Shown: piece by piece, positions 21,304 through 31,855 of the stretch
Position numbering within the stretch: position 1 is the stretch's first letter
How the letters are laid out: every line of letters begins with the position of its first letter
Assembly (NCBI GenBank): GCA_963737635.1
Contig: CAVTTL010000001.1
Span: 2,272,001-2,336,000, forward strand
Direction of reading: 5' to 3'
Origin: an uncultured Methanoregulaceae archaeon
GTDB taxonomy: Archaea; Halobacteriota; Methanomicrobia; Methanomicrobiales; Methanospirillaceae
DNA length: 64,000 nt
Notes under the pieces: generated by a model
Seen by the model: the letters and a program-made list of their open reading frames with translations, nothing else
Databases searched by the model: none
Told to the model about the DNA's origin: nothing
Program-made: the position numbers and the translations under genes

Positions 21304-22566
21304 TCGTAACCCTCCTCGAGCGGCGCGGTATCGATCTTTCCGTCGCTGCCCCCCCATCAAAAAGTTACACGCACCGTGCCCTCATCGCGGCAGCCCTCGC
21401 CCAAGGCACGAGCACGATCGTCCACCCACTCATGGCCGACGATACGAAACTGACCATTGCCGCCCTTGCGCGGCTCGGTATCGCGATCGGTACCGGTGAC
21501 CGTACCGTAACCATCGAAGGGTGTGATGGTGCATTCTCCTGCCCCCCGGGCACAGTGCTCGATCTTGACAATTCCGGCACCTCCCTGCGCCTGCTCGCCT
21601 CATCAGTCACTCCTCGCCGATCACCCGGTCACCCTGACCGGGAGTGCCCGGATGCAGGAACGGCCGGTCGGGCCGCTTACCGATACCCTGTCCCTTCTCG
21701 GGGGAAAGATCACTTTCGCGAAAAAAACAGGTTTTCCCCCGGTAACGATTGGCGGCAGGCTGGATGGCGGGACGGCCACCATCGACGGATCGGTAAGCAG
21801 CCAGTTCGCCTCCTCAATCCTGATGGCAGCCCCCTATGCGCGGAATCCGGTCAGGCTCGCAATCACCGGAACTCCCGCATCGCAATCCTATCTCGACATC
21901 ACGGCCAGCGTCATGGTTGATTTTGGCGCTGTGGTTCAACGCAAAGGATACCGGTACTTTGAAATCAGCAACCAGAACCATTATTCCGGCCATACCTACG
22001 TCATCGAAGGGGACTATTCATCTGCTTCGTATTTCTTTGCGCTCGCGGCGATCTGCGGCGGGAAGGTAACGGTAGCCGGCCTCAACCCGGATTCTGTACA
22101 GGGAGACCGGCTCTTCCTTACTGCGCTCTCGAAAATGGGCTGTCAGGTGACCTTTGCTCATGATGGCGTTATGGTAGAACACGAGGGCCCCCTGTTCGGG
22201 ATAACCATTGATATGTCCTCGGCTCCTGATGCCGTCCAGACGCTCTGTATGGTTGCGGCAGTCGCAAAGACACCCACCGTAATTACCGGTATCGGCCACC
22301 TGAAATACAAGGAGAGCGATCGCATTGCCGTTACCGCGGAACGCTTGAAGCATCTCGGTGCCAACGTGAACACCGATGACGACCGGATCATCATCCTGCC
22401 TGCTTCTCTCCACGGCGGCACGATAGACCCGGTAAACGACCACCGTACAGCGATGAGCTTTGCTGTCCTGGGCCTTGGGATCGGCGGCGTCTCGATCACC
22501 GGTGCGGAATGCGTCAACAAGTCCTATCCCGGTTTCTGGGACGCACTTTCCGGGGTGATGGAATGA
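21300..22566 (+). CDS. aroA: EPSP synthase; apparent frameshift near 21600
   Basis: PSKSYTHRA, NSGTSLR, SSQF, KESDRI, DHR, NKSYP. Confidence 0.92.
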
Positions 22567-23952
22567 GGCGGATTGTGCTGTTTGGCTACCGGGGGACCGG
22601 CAAGACGGCAATCGGGACGGTTCTTGCCCGCCGGCTGGGCGTGCCGTTTCTCGATACCGATTCCCTTGTCGAAATGAAATGTGGCCAAACGATCCCTGAG
22701 ATCTTCCGCGAGAAGAGTGAGGATCGGTTCCGGGAGTTGGAACGGGAGGTAATTGCCGGGCTTCCCGCAGACAACGTTATCATCAGCACCGGAGGGGGCG
22801 TGGTGATGGATCCGGTAAACATGGAGCGGCTCCGGGCAGGAAGCGCGTGCATACTTCTGACAGCAGATCTTGCGATTATCGGGCACCGGCTTGCCCACGC
22901 CCCCCGCCCGCCGCTCACCTCACTCCCTCCCGATAAGGAGATTGCGGAGGTTATCGCCCGCCGGCGATATAATTACGCTGCGGCGGCGGATTTCTGTTTA
23001 GATACCAGCCGGACTTCGGTTGAAAACGCTGCCGGACAGATCCTCTCGCTTCTTGAAAAAGGTACTATCCCTGCCCCGGTCCGGGAGGAGGCCTTCCGGT
23101 GGTTTGTAAAGAGCCCCCTTCCCGAACCAGAATGCGACCAGCTGCGGTTCCTCCTCACCGGTCCTGATCGTGACCCACAGACCCGGTTCCTCGGTGTCGC
23201 CGGCTGGCCGTGCAGCCACAGCAAGAGCCCTCTACTCTTCAACCGGCTCTTCGAAAAATACCAGCTTAATTATCATTACACCCGGTTCGAAGATCCTTCG
23301 ATCCGGGACATTATGCAGATCGCACGTGATATGGATGCAAAAGGGCTTTCGGTGACTATTCCTTTTAAACAGGTCGTGATAGCCTGTATCGATGAAATCG
23401 ATGACGCCGCGCGACAGATCGGTGCGGTAAACACCGTCGTCTTTGCCTGCGGATCTGCGTACGGCTGCAATACGGACTGGCTCGGCATACGAAAACCTCT
23501 TGCCAGCTATGCAGGTTCGCATGCAGTACTGCTCGGTGCCGGAGGGGTTGCCGCGGCTGCAGCATATGCGCTTCTGGATCTCGGTATGGAGGTTACGATC
23601 CTGAACCGGACACCGGAGAAAGCACGGGCACTTGCGGAACGATTTGGCTGCCAGTGGGGCGCATGGGAGGATTTTGACGGGAAAAACCCGGATCTAGTCG
23701 TAAATGCAACGCCGCTTGGCATGCAGCCGAACACGAAGAGCCCCCTCCGGGACGATCAGCTCAAGAAGGAGATGACCATATTTGATCTTGTGTATACACC
23801 TCCGGTCACTCCGCTTATTGCAGCCGCACGAAAGGCCGGGCTGCACAACCATCACGGGCACCGAGGTCTTTATTTATCAGGCACGGGAGCAGTTCCGGCT
23901 CTTCTTCGGGATTGACGTTCCAGACACGGCTATACGGGAGATATTGGCATGA
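22563..23952 (+). CDS. aroE: Shikimate kinase (P-loop type)-shikimate dehydrogenase fusion; apparent frameshift near 23840
   Basis: GYRGTGKT...DTD...STGGG...RP kinase; HSKSP, SVTIPFK, GAVNT, NTD, GAGG, NRT, DLVY; the tail FIYQAREQF is in the shifted frame. Confidence 0.88.
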
Positions 23953-24935
23953 ACACCTTTGGCAGGAATTTTGCGGTCACAACGTTTGGGGAAAGCCACG
24001 GCCCGGCTGTGGGAGCAGTTATCGACGGATGTCCCACCCGGCTCGCATTATCGGCTGCCGATATCCAGCCATTGCTTGACCGGCGCCGGCCGGGCATGTC
24101 TCCTCTCGTGTCAGCAAGAAACGAACCTGATACGGTCGAGATCCTCTCGGGTATTTTTGAAGGGATGACCACCGGCGCTCCCGTCGCCCTCCTGATCAGG
24201 AACCGGGACATGTACCCGGGGGATTACGAGACGATCAAAGACCAGTTCCGGCCCGGCCACGCGGATTTCACGTACCAGGCAAAATACGGTATCAGGGATT
24301 ACCGGGGTGGCGGCCGGAGCTCGGGCAGGGAGACCGTCGGCCGGGTGGCGGCTGGTGCTGTCGCGTTGAAGTACCTCTCCGGTCTGGGCATTGCAGTCAC
24401 CGGCCGGATTGTTTCCGTGCATGGCAAAGCTGGTCAGCAGGAGATTGAGAAGGAGATCCTTGCAGCCAAAACAGCCGGAGATTCGGTGGGTGGGATCGCT
24501 GAGATCGTGGCAACTGGCTGCCCGGCGGGACTGGGAGACCCGGTATCCGGGAAACTTGACGCGGCGATTGCCGGCGCCATGATGGGAATTGGCGCAGTCA
24601 AGGGAGTCGAGATCGGCGAAGGGTTCGCGGTTGCCGGGCGGTTCGGGAGCGAAAACAACGACCCGATGACCGCAACGGGTTTTGTATCAAACAACGCTGG
24701 TGGTATCCTTGGCGGAATTTCATCGGGGCAGGATATTGTCGTGCGTATTGCTGTTAAACCGACGCCCTCAATTGCAAAAGTACAACAGACCCGGGATGTC
24801 CACGGAAATGTTGTGGAGATCAGGGTAGGCGGCCGGCATGATCCCTGCATTGTGCCGAGGATCCTCCCGGCGGCAGAGGCGATGCTTGCGCTCGTACTCA
24901 TCGACGCCGCGCTGGAGCAGGAGAAATACCGGTAA
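23949..24935 (+). CDS. aroC: Chorismate synthase
   Basis: GESHG, RPGHAD, GRSSGRET, KPTPSI, GRHDPCI. Confidence 0.95.
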   Translation: MNTFGRNFAVTTFGESHGPAVGAVIDGCPTRLALSAADIQPLLDRRRPGMSPLVSARNEPDTVEILSGIFEGMTTGAPVALLIRNRDMYPGDYETIKDQFRPGHADFTYQAKYGIRDYRGGGRSSGRETVGRVAAGAVALKYLSGLGIAVTGRIVSVHGKAGQQEIEKEILAAKTAGDSVGGIAEIVATGCPAGLGDPVSGKLDAAIAGAMMGIGAVKGVEIGEGFAVAGRFGSENNDPMTATGFVSNNAGGILGGISSGQDIVVRIAVKPTPSIAKVQQTRDVHGNVVEIRVGGRHDPCIVPRILPAAEAMLALVLIDAALEQEKYR

Positions 24936-24975
24936 ATATTTTTTGCCCCGTGTCACCTGATGCATGATACCCTAT

Positions 24976-25614
24976 TCAGGCGGAGAGCAGTTTTGCCAAG
25001 GTGACAAATTCCTCAACAGAGTACTGCCCCTCAGCAGTTGGCACTCCGGTATGGCAGTACACCAGCTCCGAACCAAAGAGCGGGAGAACTGCCCGGGCGT
25101 ACCGGAACGATGCACCCATTACGCCGGTGCAGATGGGTTTTTTTGCCGCATAGGTAAAGGCAATAAGGTTAATAAGATCGTCCTCGTTTCTGGGGGTGAC
25201 GATGATCTTTGGGATATCACCGTAAGACCTGAGCTCCTGTTCGAGGACAAAGAGGACATGGAGCGGCAGCATCTGGGAGCTATGGTAGGAAGCGATGATC
25301 TTTTTTCCTGCTGCTTTTACCTGTCCGGCCCCGCAGGAAAACTGCTGCTCGACATCGACAAACTCCACAAGAGGGATGATCGGTGCGATCTTTTGTTCCC
25401 ATTCATCCGGGCTCCCGAAGTACCGGCCCCCTTCCCGGGCGGAGCGGAACGTTGCGATAACCGGGAGCGGGGAGGTCGTTTTGCATTGCCGCACCAGTTC
25501 AACCGGATTTCCCTCCATCAAGTCAAAACGGAGCTCGATGACGTGTGCACCCTGCGCCTGTGCAGCGGCAGCCTGTCCGGGATCCGTCAGGGAGGCAACG
25601 ATCTGCATGTACAT
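24976..25614 (-). CDS. aroD: Type I 3-dehydroquinate dehydratase
   Basis: IELRFD, TFRSAREGG, IASYH, DIPKI, MG, GQ motifs. Confidence 0.85.
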   Translation of the reverse strand: MYMQIVASLTDPGQAAAAQAQGAHVIELRFDLMEGNPVELVRQCKTTSPLPVIATFRSAREGGRYFGSPDEWEQKIAPIIPLVEFVDVEQQFSCGAGQVKAAGKKIIASYHSSQMLPLHVLFVLEQELRSYGDIPKIIVTPRNEDDLINLIAFTYAAKKPICTGVMGASFRYARAVLPLFGSELVYCHTGVPTAEGQYSVEEFVTLAKLLSA

Positions 25615-25724
25615 GACGGTTGGCCGGCAGCGCACAAAAAGATACGCCCCGCCGGGAACATCCCTCAAAGGATCTTTGCAGGATACCGGTTTATCCCCTT
25701 CCGGGTCGAAACCTTCCGCTGGAT

Positions 25725-26261
25725 ATGGAACGTACGGCAGTCATGGCAACGATTCGATCCGCATGCGGCGCGCTCGGGTGGTGCGTCCTCCTTTCGATCG
25801 TCCTGCCTCTCGGCAGTGCATATATGCTTGGACTGTCTCTTGCCGCAGCCTGTGCCCAAGTGGGAAGTGCCTTTTTTATCGAGTACGGTTCGATACCGAT
25901 CGGAATAGGTCTTGGTCTGCCTCCGCTCTACGTTCTGCCGGTAGCAACTAGTATCGAGGCCGGGATCTTCCTCGGGATCTATGGCATTCTTGACACCATC
26001 GGGTCGGCATCCGGATACGTTGCCCACTTCCTTGAGTGGACAAGAAAGATCGCTGCACGCTCAAAAATGTTTGACCGGTACGGCATCTACGGCCTGTTTC
26101 CCTGTGAGATCCTGATCGGCGTATACCTGTGCGCCCCGATCTCGTGGTTTCTCGGGTGGCAGAAAGGGCGATCATTTGCGATCACTATGGCCGGGTACTC
26201 CGTCGCTGCAGTGGCAACGACCCTTGCTACCCTCGGCCTACTACGCTATTTCTTTTCCTGA
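25725..26261 (+). CDS. Multi-TM membrane protein (small multi-drug export-like)
   Basis: Hydrophobic; IEYGSIPIGIGLGL and RYGIYGLF patterns. Confidence 0.6.
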   Translation: MERTAVMATIRSACGALGWCVLLSIVLPLGSAYMLGLSLAAACAQVGSAFFIEYGSIPIGIGLGLPPLYVLPVATSIEAGIFLGIYGILDTIGSASGYVAHFLEWTRKIAARSKMFDRYGIYGLFPCEILIGVYLCAPISWFLGWQKGRSFAITMAGYSVAAVATTLATLGLLRYFFS

Positions 26262-26262
26262 T

Positions 26263-28920
26263 ATGGAGACGCCCATGACAACAGACCAGCATTCTTCCCC
26301 GGATAAAAAGATCCCGGAGCTTCTCGCGCCAGCCGGATCGTGGGAAGCGTTCAGTGCCGCAGTCGCTGCCGGGGCCGATGCCATCTACCTGAGCGGAAAA
26401 CGGTTCGGTGCACGGAAATATGCACAGAATTTTTCCGAGGCGGAGATCGGGAAAGCTGTTTCATACGCCCACACCCGGGGCGTACGGGTGTACGTGACCG
26501 TCAATACACTCGTACACGACCGGGAACTTCCCGAAGTCATGGAGTACCTTATCCAACTCTACGCGGCAGGTGTCGATGCGGTGCTTGTCCAAGACCCGGG
26601 GCTTGCCTCTCTTATAGGGGAGATCGTACCCGGTCTTGAAATCCATGCCTCGACCCAGCTCACCATCCACAATGCTGAAGGAGTGAGATGGGCACACAGC
26701 CTTGGATTCTCGCGAGTGGTACTCGCCCGGGAACTCCCGCTTTCCGAGATCGAGGCAATTGCACAGGCAACCGCGGATACGGGAGTAAATCTCGAAGTCT
26801 TTGCACATGGCGCTCTCTGCTACAGTTACTCCGGCCAGTGTCTGCTCTCGTCTGTTATCGGCGGTAGGAGCGGAAACAGGGGGATGTGTGCCCAGCCGTG
26901 CCGGAAGAAATATTCGCTGGTCACATCAGAAATAGATCGATATGGCCGGCCTACCGATCCCCACGATGTGCCCCTGCCCGGACCGTTCCTCCTCTCGCTA
27001 AAAGATCTTTGCACGTACAGGGATATCCCCCGGCTTGTAGATTCTCCTGTCGTATCGCTAAAAATCGAGGGCAGGATGAAATCCCCGGAGTATGTAGCCA
27101 TTGTGGTCTCTACCTACCGGCGCGCTCTTGATGCGGCTGCAACAGGAACCTTTGTCCCGGATGATACTGCTATCCGGGATCTTCTCCTCGCATTCAACCG
27201 GGGATTTACCCGGGGCTACCTCTTTGGTGATCGCAACGGGAAGCTTATGGGGAGGGACCGTCCGGACAATCGTGGCCTGCCCATCGGGACGGTATGCCGG
27301 TACAATCGAAAGAAGGGGACGGCAACCATCTGCCCAGACCAGCCCTTCTGTCTGGCTCCGGGCGATGGGCTTCTCTTTTCCAATCCCAAAAACCCGGAAT
27401 CATCATGGGGATTTTCCCTCAATACCGAACCGGTTGTGAAACCGGAGGAGATCGAGCTTGCCGTCCCTCGCCCGGTGGAGGGAGGCGCGCGGGTCTTCCT
27501 GACGTCATCGGTCGATCTTGCCGCCCGCGCCCGGGAGATCATCCATCACGGAGGTCCCGGCCTGCGTCACCCGGTGCCTGTCCATGTTGCGGCTAAGGTT
27601 ACTCATGAAGGACGTCTTTTGCTTTCGGGGGTCCTCTATCCACCCGGGAAAGAGCCGGTTGCCATCGAAGAGACCGGGGGCGTTGTGCTCGCTCCTGCCC
27701 GTACAAGCCCAATTACCAGAGAACAGCTTGCTGCACAGCTAGAAAAGACTGGGGGAACGCCTTTTGCCATCACCGATCTCACTCTTGATTATGACGGTTC
27801 CCTCTTTGCACCGGTGCGTGAAATCAACCGACTCAGGAGGGAGTTTTTTATCAAGGCTGAAGAAGCCCTGGTAGCCGTCTCCCGCCCTATCCCGGACGAA
27901 GTAAAAGCGGCCCACGAGCGCCTCAATCGATATAGTGCCAACCATCATCCTCATATCCCGGATCCTCTCAACCGGGGCGTAGAAATTATTCTTTACACAG
28001 ATACCTTCGAATCCATCGAAGCAAGTATCCTTGCCGGGGCAGGGACAATCTGTTTTGAACCTCCCGGTATCCCGAATCCTCGTGGAAAAGACGAAGACAC
28101 GTGCGGGGAAATGTTCGAGGATGCAATCCGTTCCGCCTTCGAGATCTGCCGGACACACGACGCACGGTTCATCTGGAAAATGCCCCGGATCACCCGGCAG
28201 GCTACAACAGGTGTAATCCGGTCCATCCTGCCACGGTTGTATGCGGCAGGCCTTCGTGCATGCATGGTGGACAACCCGGGAACAGCTGCGGCGGTGGCCG
28301 ACGCCGTTCCCGGTCTTACACTCGCAGGAGGAGCCGGGCTCAACGTTTTTAACGCGGAGGCAGTAAGGGTCCTTAGCCGGCTGCCTTTTGAAATATTCCT
28401 CATTTCACCGGAATTATCTTCGAGTGAAATTTCGACCCTCGTTAAAGCAGTACGATCACGGGGACCGGTGCCGAAGCTCGCCGTGTTTGCACAGGGAAAC
28501 CTTGAGACGATGATCACCGAGGACTGCCTTCTTCCCTTTTCCGATCTGTGCCAGCACAACCATGATTCCTGTGCATCCTCCGGATGGTATGGGATCCGGG
28601 ACGAAACCGGGCATCTCTTACCGGTGCGGATTGATAGAGCATGCCGGGGACATATCTTTAATGCCGCTGAAATCTGCCTCGTCAATGCAGTGCCAGATCT
28701 GATGCAGAGTGGTGTTGATGCCCTCATCATTGACGCACGAGGACGCACTGCCGCCTATGCCGGGGAGATGGTCCGTATCTACCAGGACGCCATCGCATGT
28801 GCAACCCGGGGCAGCGGTTGTACCAGTCGCGATTATGCAATACTCCGGAACCGTGTGAAAACGATCGCGCTTGGGGGAATTACCTCGGGTCACTATATGA
28901 GGGGATTGCAGGAAGAGTAG
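26263..28920 (+). CDS. Long U32-family Fe-S protein (RlhA-like, DUF3656)
   Basis: PELLAPAG, HASTQ, C-x6-C-x15-C-x3-C (CYSYSGQC...CAQPCR), KIEGRMK; long C-terminal extension. Confidence 0.88.
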   Translation: METPMTTDQHSSPDKKIPELLAPAGSWEAFSAAVAAGADAIYLSGKRFGARKYAQNFSEAEIGKAVSYAHTRGVRVYVTVNTLVHDRELPEVMEYLIQLYAAGVDAVLVQDPGLASLIGEIVPGLEIHASTQLTIHNAEGVRWAHSLGFSRVVLARELPLSEIEAIAQATADTGVNLEVFAHGALCYSYSGQCLLSSVIGGRSGNRGMCAQPCRKKYSLVTSEIDRYGRPTDPHDVPLPGPFLLSLKDLCTYRDIPRLVDSPVVSLKIEGRMKSPEYVAIVVSTYRRALDAAATGTFVPDDTAIRDLLLAFNRGFTRGYLFGDRNGKLMGRDRPDNRGLPIGTVCRYNRKKGTATICPDQPFCLAPGDGLLFSNPKNPESSWGFSLNTEPVVKPEEIELAVPRPVEGGARVFLTSSVDLAARAREIIHHGGPGLRHPVPVHVAAKVTHEGRLLLSGVLYPPGKEPVAIEETGGVVLAPARTSPITREQLAAQLEKTGGTPFAITDLTLDYDGSLFAPVREINRLRREFFIKAEEALVAVSRPIPDEVKAAHERLNRYSANHHPHIPDPLNRGVEIILYTDTFESIEASILAGAGTICFEPPGIPNPRGKDEDTCGEMFEDAIRSAFEICRTHDARFIWKMPRITRQATTGVIRSILPRLYAAGLRACMVDNPGTAAAVADAVPGLTLAGGAGLNVFNAEAVRVLSRLPFEIFLISPELSSSEISTLVKAVRSRGPVPKLAVFAQGNLETMITEDCLLPFSDLCQHNHDSCASSGWYGIRDETGHLLPVRIDRACRGHIFNAAEICLVNAVPDLMQSGVDALIIDARGRTAAYAGEMVRIYQDAIACATRGSGCTSRDYAILRNRVKTIALGGITSGHYMRGLQEE

Positions 28921-29003
28921 CGCGGACTCCGGCACATTCACCCTGGAGCGAAAGGTTGAATGGAACCGGGGGCAAACACCTCATGCACGAGGAATGAATT
29001 ATC

Positions 29004-29672
29004 ATGACATCGCCCCTCATCCTGGTAAATCTCAAGACCTACAAGGAAGGTATGGGTAACCGGGCACACCAGATCGCCACTGCTGCGCAGTTGGTTGCGA
29101 GAGAAACTGGCGCCGTGATCGGTGTTGCTCCCGGCTATATCGACCTTCACCCTATCTGCCACCATTTTGCGATCCCGGTATACGCCCAGCATGTGGATGG
29201 GTACGAACCCGGTGCCCATACCGGCTCTGTTCCGGTCGATGCGATCAGGTTCGCCGGGGCCGCAGGGTCGCTGGTCAATCACTCTGAGCGTCGCCTGACC
29301 CTTGCTGATATCGAATTATCCGTACGGGCGCTCCAGTCGCATAAACTATCTGCGGTGGTCTGTTCTAACAATGAGATCACAAGCGCCGGTGCTGCAGCAC
29401 TTGGCCCGGAATACGTGGCCATTGAACCTCCGGAACTGATCGGCAGCGGGATTTCGGTCTCGAAAGCAAACCCGGAGATCATACAGCGTTCAGTCGCGGC
29501 TGTCCACGCGGTGAACCCGAAGGTGAAGGTTTTAACAGGTGCCGGGATCCAGAGCGGCGAATGTGTGAAGATCGCTGTTGATCTAGGGACGGATGGCGTT
29601 CTGCTTGCTTCAAGTGTGGTCAAAGCCCCGGATCCGGTTACCGTGCTAAGAGATCTCGTTTCAAAACTTTAA
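29004..29672 (+). CDS. tpiA: Triosephosphate isomerase (archaeal type)
   Basis: VNLKTY, NHSE, EPPELIG, GAGI, LLAS. Confidence 0.95.
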   Translation: MTSPLILVNLKTYKEGMGNRAHQIATAAQLVARETGAVIGVAPGYIDLHPICHHFAIPVYAQHVDGYEPGAHTGSVPVDAIRFAGAAGSLVNHSERRLTLADIELSVRALQSHKLSAVVCSNNEITSAGAAALGPEYVAIEPPELIGSGISVSKANPEIIQRSVAAVHAVNPKVKVLTGAGIQSGECVKIAVDLGTDGVLLASSVVKAPDPVTVLRDLVSKL

Positions 29673-29714
29673 AAAAAAGCAAAAAATGATTTTGTTCCAG
29701 CAAATATACCGGCG

Positions 29715-29822
29715 TTATTTAAGGATGAGGTACCAGACTGCGATAACAACTATGAATAGTACCACACCGATTCCGATCACCGTTACACTGCTGATATCTT
29801 TTGACTTTTCTTCATCCGCCAT
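29715..29822 (-). CDS. 35-aa single-pass membrane microprotein MADEEKSKDISSVTVIGIGVVLFIVVIAVWYLILK
   Basis: GAGGTG SD 5 nt before the ATG; charged N-terminus plus one TM helix; T-rich tract downstream; absent from the ORF track. Confidence 0.72.
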   Translation of the reverse strand: MADEEKSKDISSVTVIGIGVVLFIVVIAVWYLILK

Positions 29823-29961
29823 AAAAACACCTCTGGTGGTATAAACCACAACAAGAATTCCCTTTTTATCATTATTAATACATTTCGGTCAGCCATTCGA
29901 CGGAAATTATAAAACAGAGTAAAGATTGCGCGGCATTTCGTGCATAGTAAGTATTCCGGGA

Positions 29962-30522
29962 TCAGACGATAAGTGTGATCAGGTCATGTTTGGTGATCAC
30001 ACCTCTCACCATTCGTCCCTCGGTTACCAGCACAGCGTGGTTCTGCTGGAGAATGTTTACCACGGTCTCCACATCCATATCCGGGGGAACCGTAGGAAAA
30101 CCGGGCTCCATCAGGTCCCTAACGATCACAGCGTGCGCGGGATGGAGGCGCTGCTGTTCGATTGCCTTGACGATGACCGCTTCGGAGATGCAGCCGACCG
30201 GGACACCCCGTTCAATCACCGGTAGCTGGGAGACGTTATTCTTTTCGAAGATTTCGACTGCCTGCGAAATACTCGCTTGGGGTGGAACTGAAAGTACCGG
30301 TGTATGCATGATCTGGCTGGCAGTAATTTTTTTAGGCTCGGCACTATTGAGCACGCCGATGATCTTGTTGAGGGTGCTGACCCGGGGATCGACGCTGCCA
30401 GCTTCAATCCGGGCCACCATAGACTGGCTGATACCTGCCCTTCGTGCGATCTCGGTCTGCCGGAGCCCCATTGTTTCGCGGCGGGAACGAAGCTCTTCAG
30501 GACTGGGTATATGCATATGCAA
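29962..30522 (-). CDS. XRE-type HTH plus CBS-pair transcriptional regulator
   Basis: LRQTEIARRAGISQSMVARIEAG HTH followed by two CBS repeats. Confidence 0.9.
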   Translation of the reverse strand: MHMHIPSPEELRSRRETMGLRQTEIARRAGISQSMVARIEAGSVDPRVSTLNKIIGVLNSAEPKKITASQIMHTPVLSVPPQASISQAVEIFEKNNVSQLPVIERGVPVGCISEAVIVKAIEQQRLHPAHAVIVRDLMEPGFPTVPPDMDVETVVNILQQNHAVLVTEGRMVRGVITKHDLITLIV

Positions 30523-30594
30523 TTACTCATAGTGATAGAAAAATATCAACCTTATGCTCATGGTAAAAAAGCGGAAGTGTCTCCTTTCGGCAAC

Positions 30595-31692
30595 CTATTC
30601 CAGCGTACGCCGGAACGTTATGATTCCAAGGATAATCATTATTGATGAGAAAATCAAGAGGGCAATGATATCCATCGCAATTACATTGAACCCTTGGTTT
30701 CTTAGGATGATGCTCCTCAATGCATGTATACCATAAAACTCCGGATTGATGACCGTGATCCAGCGCAGCCAGCCGGGCATACCGATCACCGGGTAAAAGG
30801 CCCCTGAGGTCATAAAGAGAATAAGATTGAAAAACGCAATAATTGGCCCGTATTCCTGCTGCGATGAAAACCGGGATGCAAAGGAGACGACAAAACTGGT
30901 TACCCCAATACTGGCAATCAGGATGACAAGCAAGACGAGCAAAAAATCCTGGAAACTCTGGAGCGTAAGGCCGGTGACCAGCAGATCGATCCAGAAGATA
31001 ACGAATCCCGCGATAAATGCACGCACGGCACCACTGGAAATAATCCCAAAGATGATACTGGATCGTTTCACCGGCGTGACCAGATAGCCTTCGTGGATAC
31101 CGTTCTCCCGGTCCTTGATGAGCGCAATCCCTCCGCCAAATGAAGTTGAGGTAAAGATGGCCATCATGATCACACCCACGCCAAAGAACTGAATATAGGT
31201 GATATCCCCGTAGATCTTGTCGACGTCGATAGGGTTGTGCGCCTTAAGATCCAGGAGGATCTGGCTTACGGCAGCATCAACCAGCGGGGGAGTTATAGAA
31301 TCTGAACTGTCGACGTAAAGCCTGACGGCGTTATCGTTTGAAACTGACGAGGGAAATACGATGACCGCAGAGAGTTTCCCATTCTCCAGGTCCTGTTTGG
31401 CCTGAGATTCATCCGGGTAAACCGTAACATCCAACTGTTTCTCTGCGTAGTTCTGGCTGCCCTGGCTGATATGGTTGAGCTGGTACGCGGCATTCGTAAA
31501 GAGCGGCGTATCATTGTACGGCGGGACTTCTTGGACGACACCCACCGGGATGTGACTGATCGTCCCCCCGAGTGCGTTTCCGAAAACCACCAGGTACATC
31601 AAGGGGATAAGGAGGGACGTTATTACGATTACCGGGTTATTCAGGAATTTCTTGAAATCCCGTTTGAAGATTGCCCGGGGGGCCCTCAGCAT
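30595..31692 (-). CDS. ABC-2 type exporter permease
   Basis: Six TM; DRENG..EGYLVTPV, SGAFYP...PGWL...NP. Confidence 0.88.
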   Translation of the reverse strand: MLRAPRAIFKRDFKKFLNNPVIVITSLLIPLMYLVVFGNALGGTISHIPVGVVQEVPPYNDTPLFTNAAYQLNHISQGSQNYAEKQLDVTVYPDESQAKQDLENGKLSAVIVFPSSVSNDNAVRLYVDSSDSITPPLVDAAVSQILLDLKAHNPIDVDKIYGDITYIQFFGVGVIMMAIFTSTSFGGGIALIKDRENGIHEGYLVTPVKRSSIIFGIISSGAVRAFIAGFVIFWIDLLVTGLTLQSFQDFLLVLLVILIASIGVTSFVVSFASRFSSQQEYGPIIAFFNLILFMTSGAFYPVIGMPGWLRWITVINPEFYGIHALRSIILRNQGFNVIAMDIIALLIFSSIMIILGIITFRRTLE

Positions 31693-31855
31693 GACAACCG
31701 CCTCCTGTCTTTTCCAGGTCTCCTATCGCTCATCTGGCTGGTCATGCATACCTAACCTTACAATTACCCCGGTGATTTTAAGAGATATGATAGTACGTAA
31801 TTTACCCCGGTTAATCTTTCTCATTTTAGAACCCCCGTGTTCGAGCCTGATTTTA

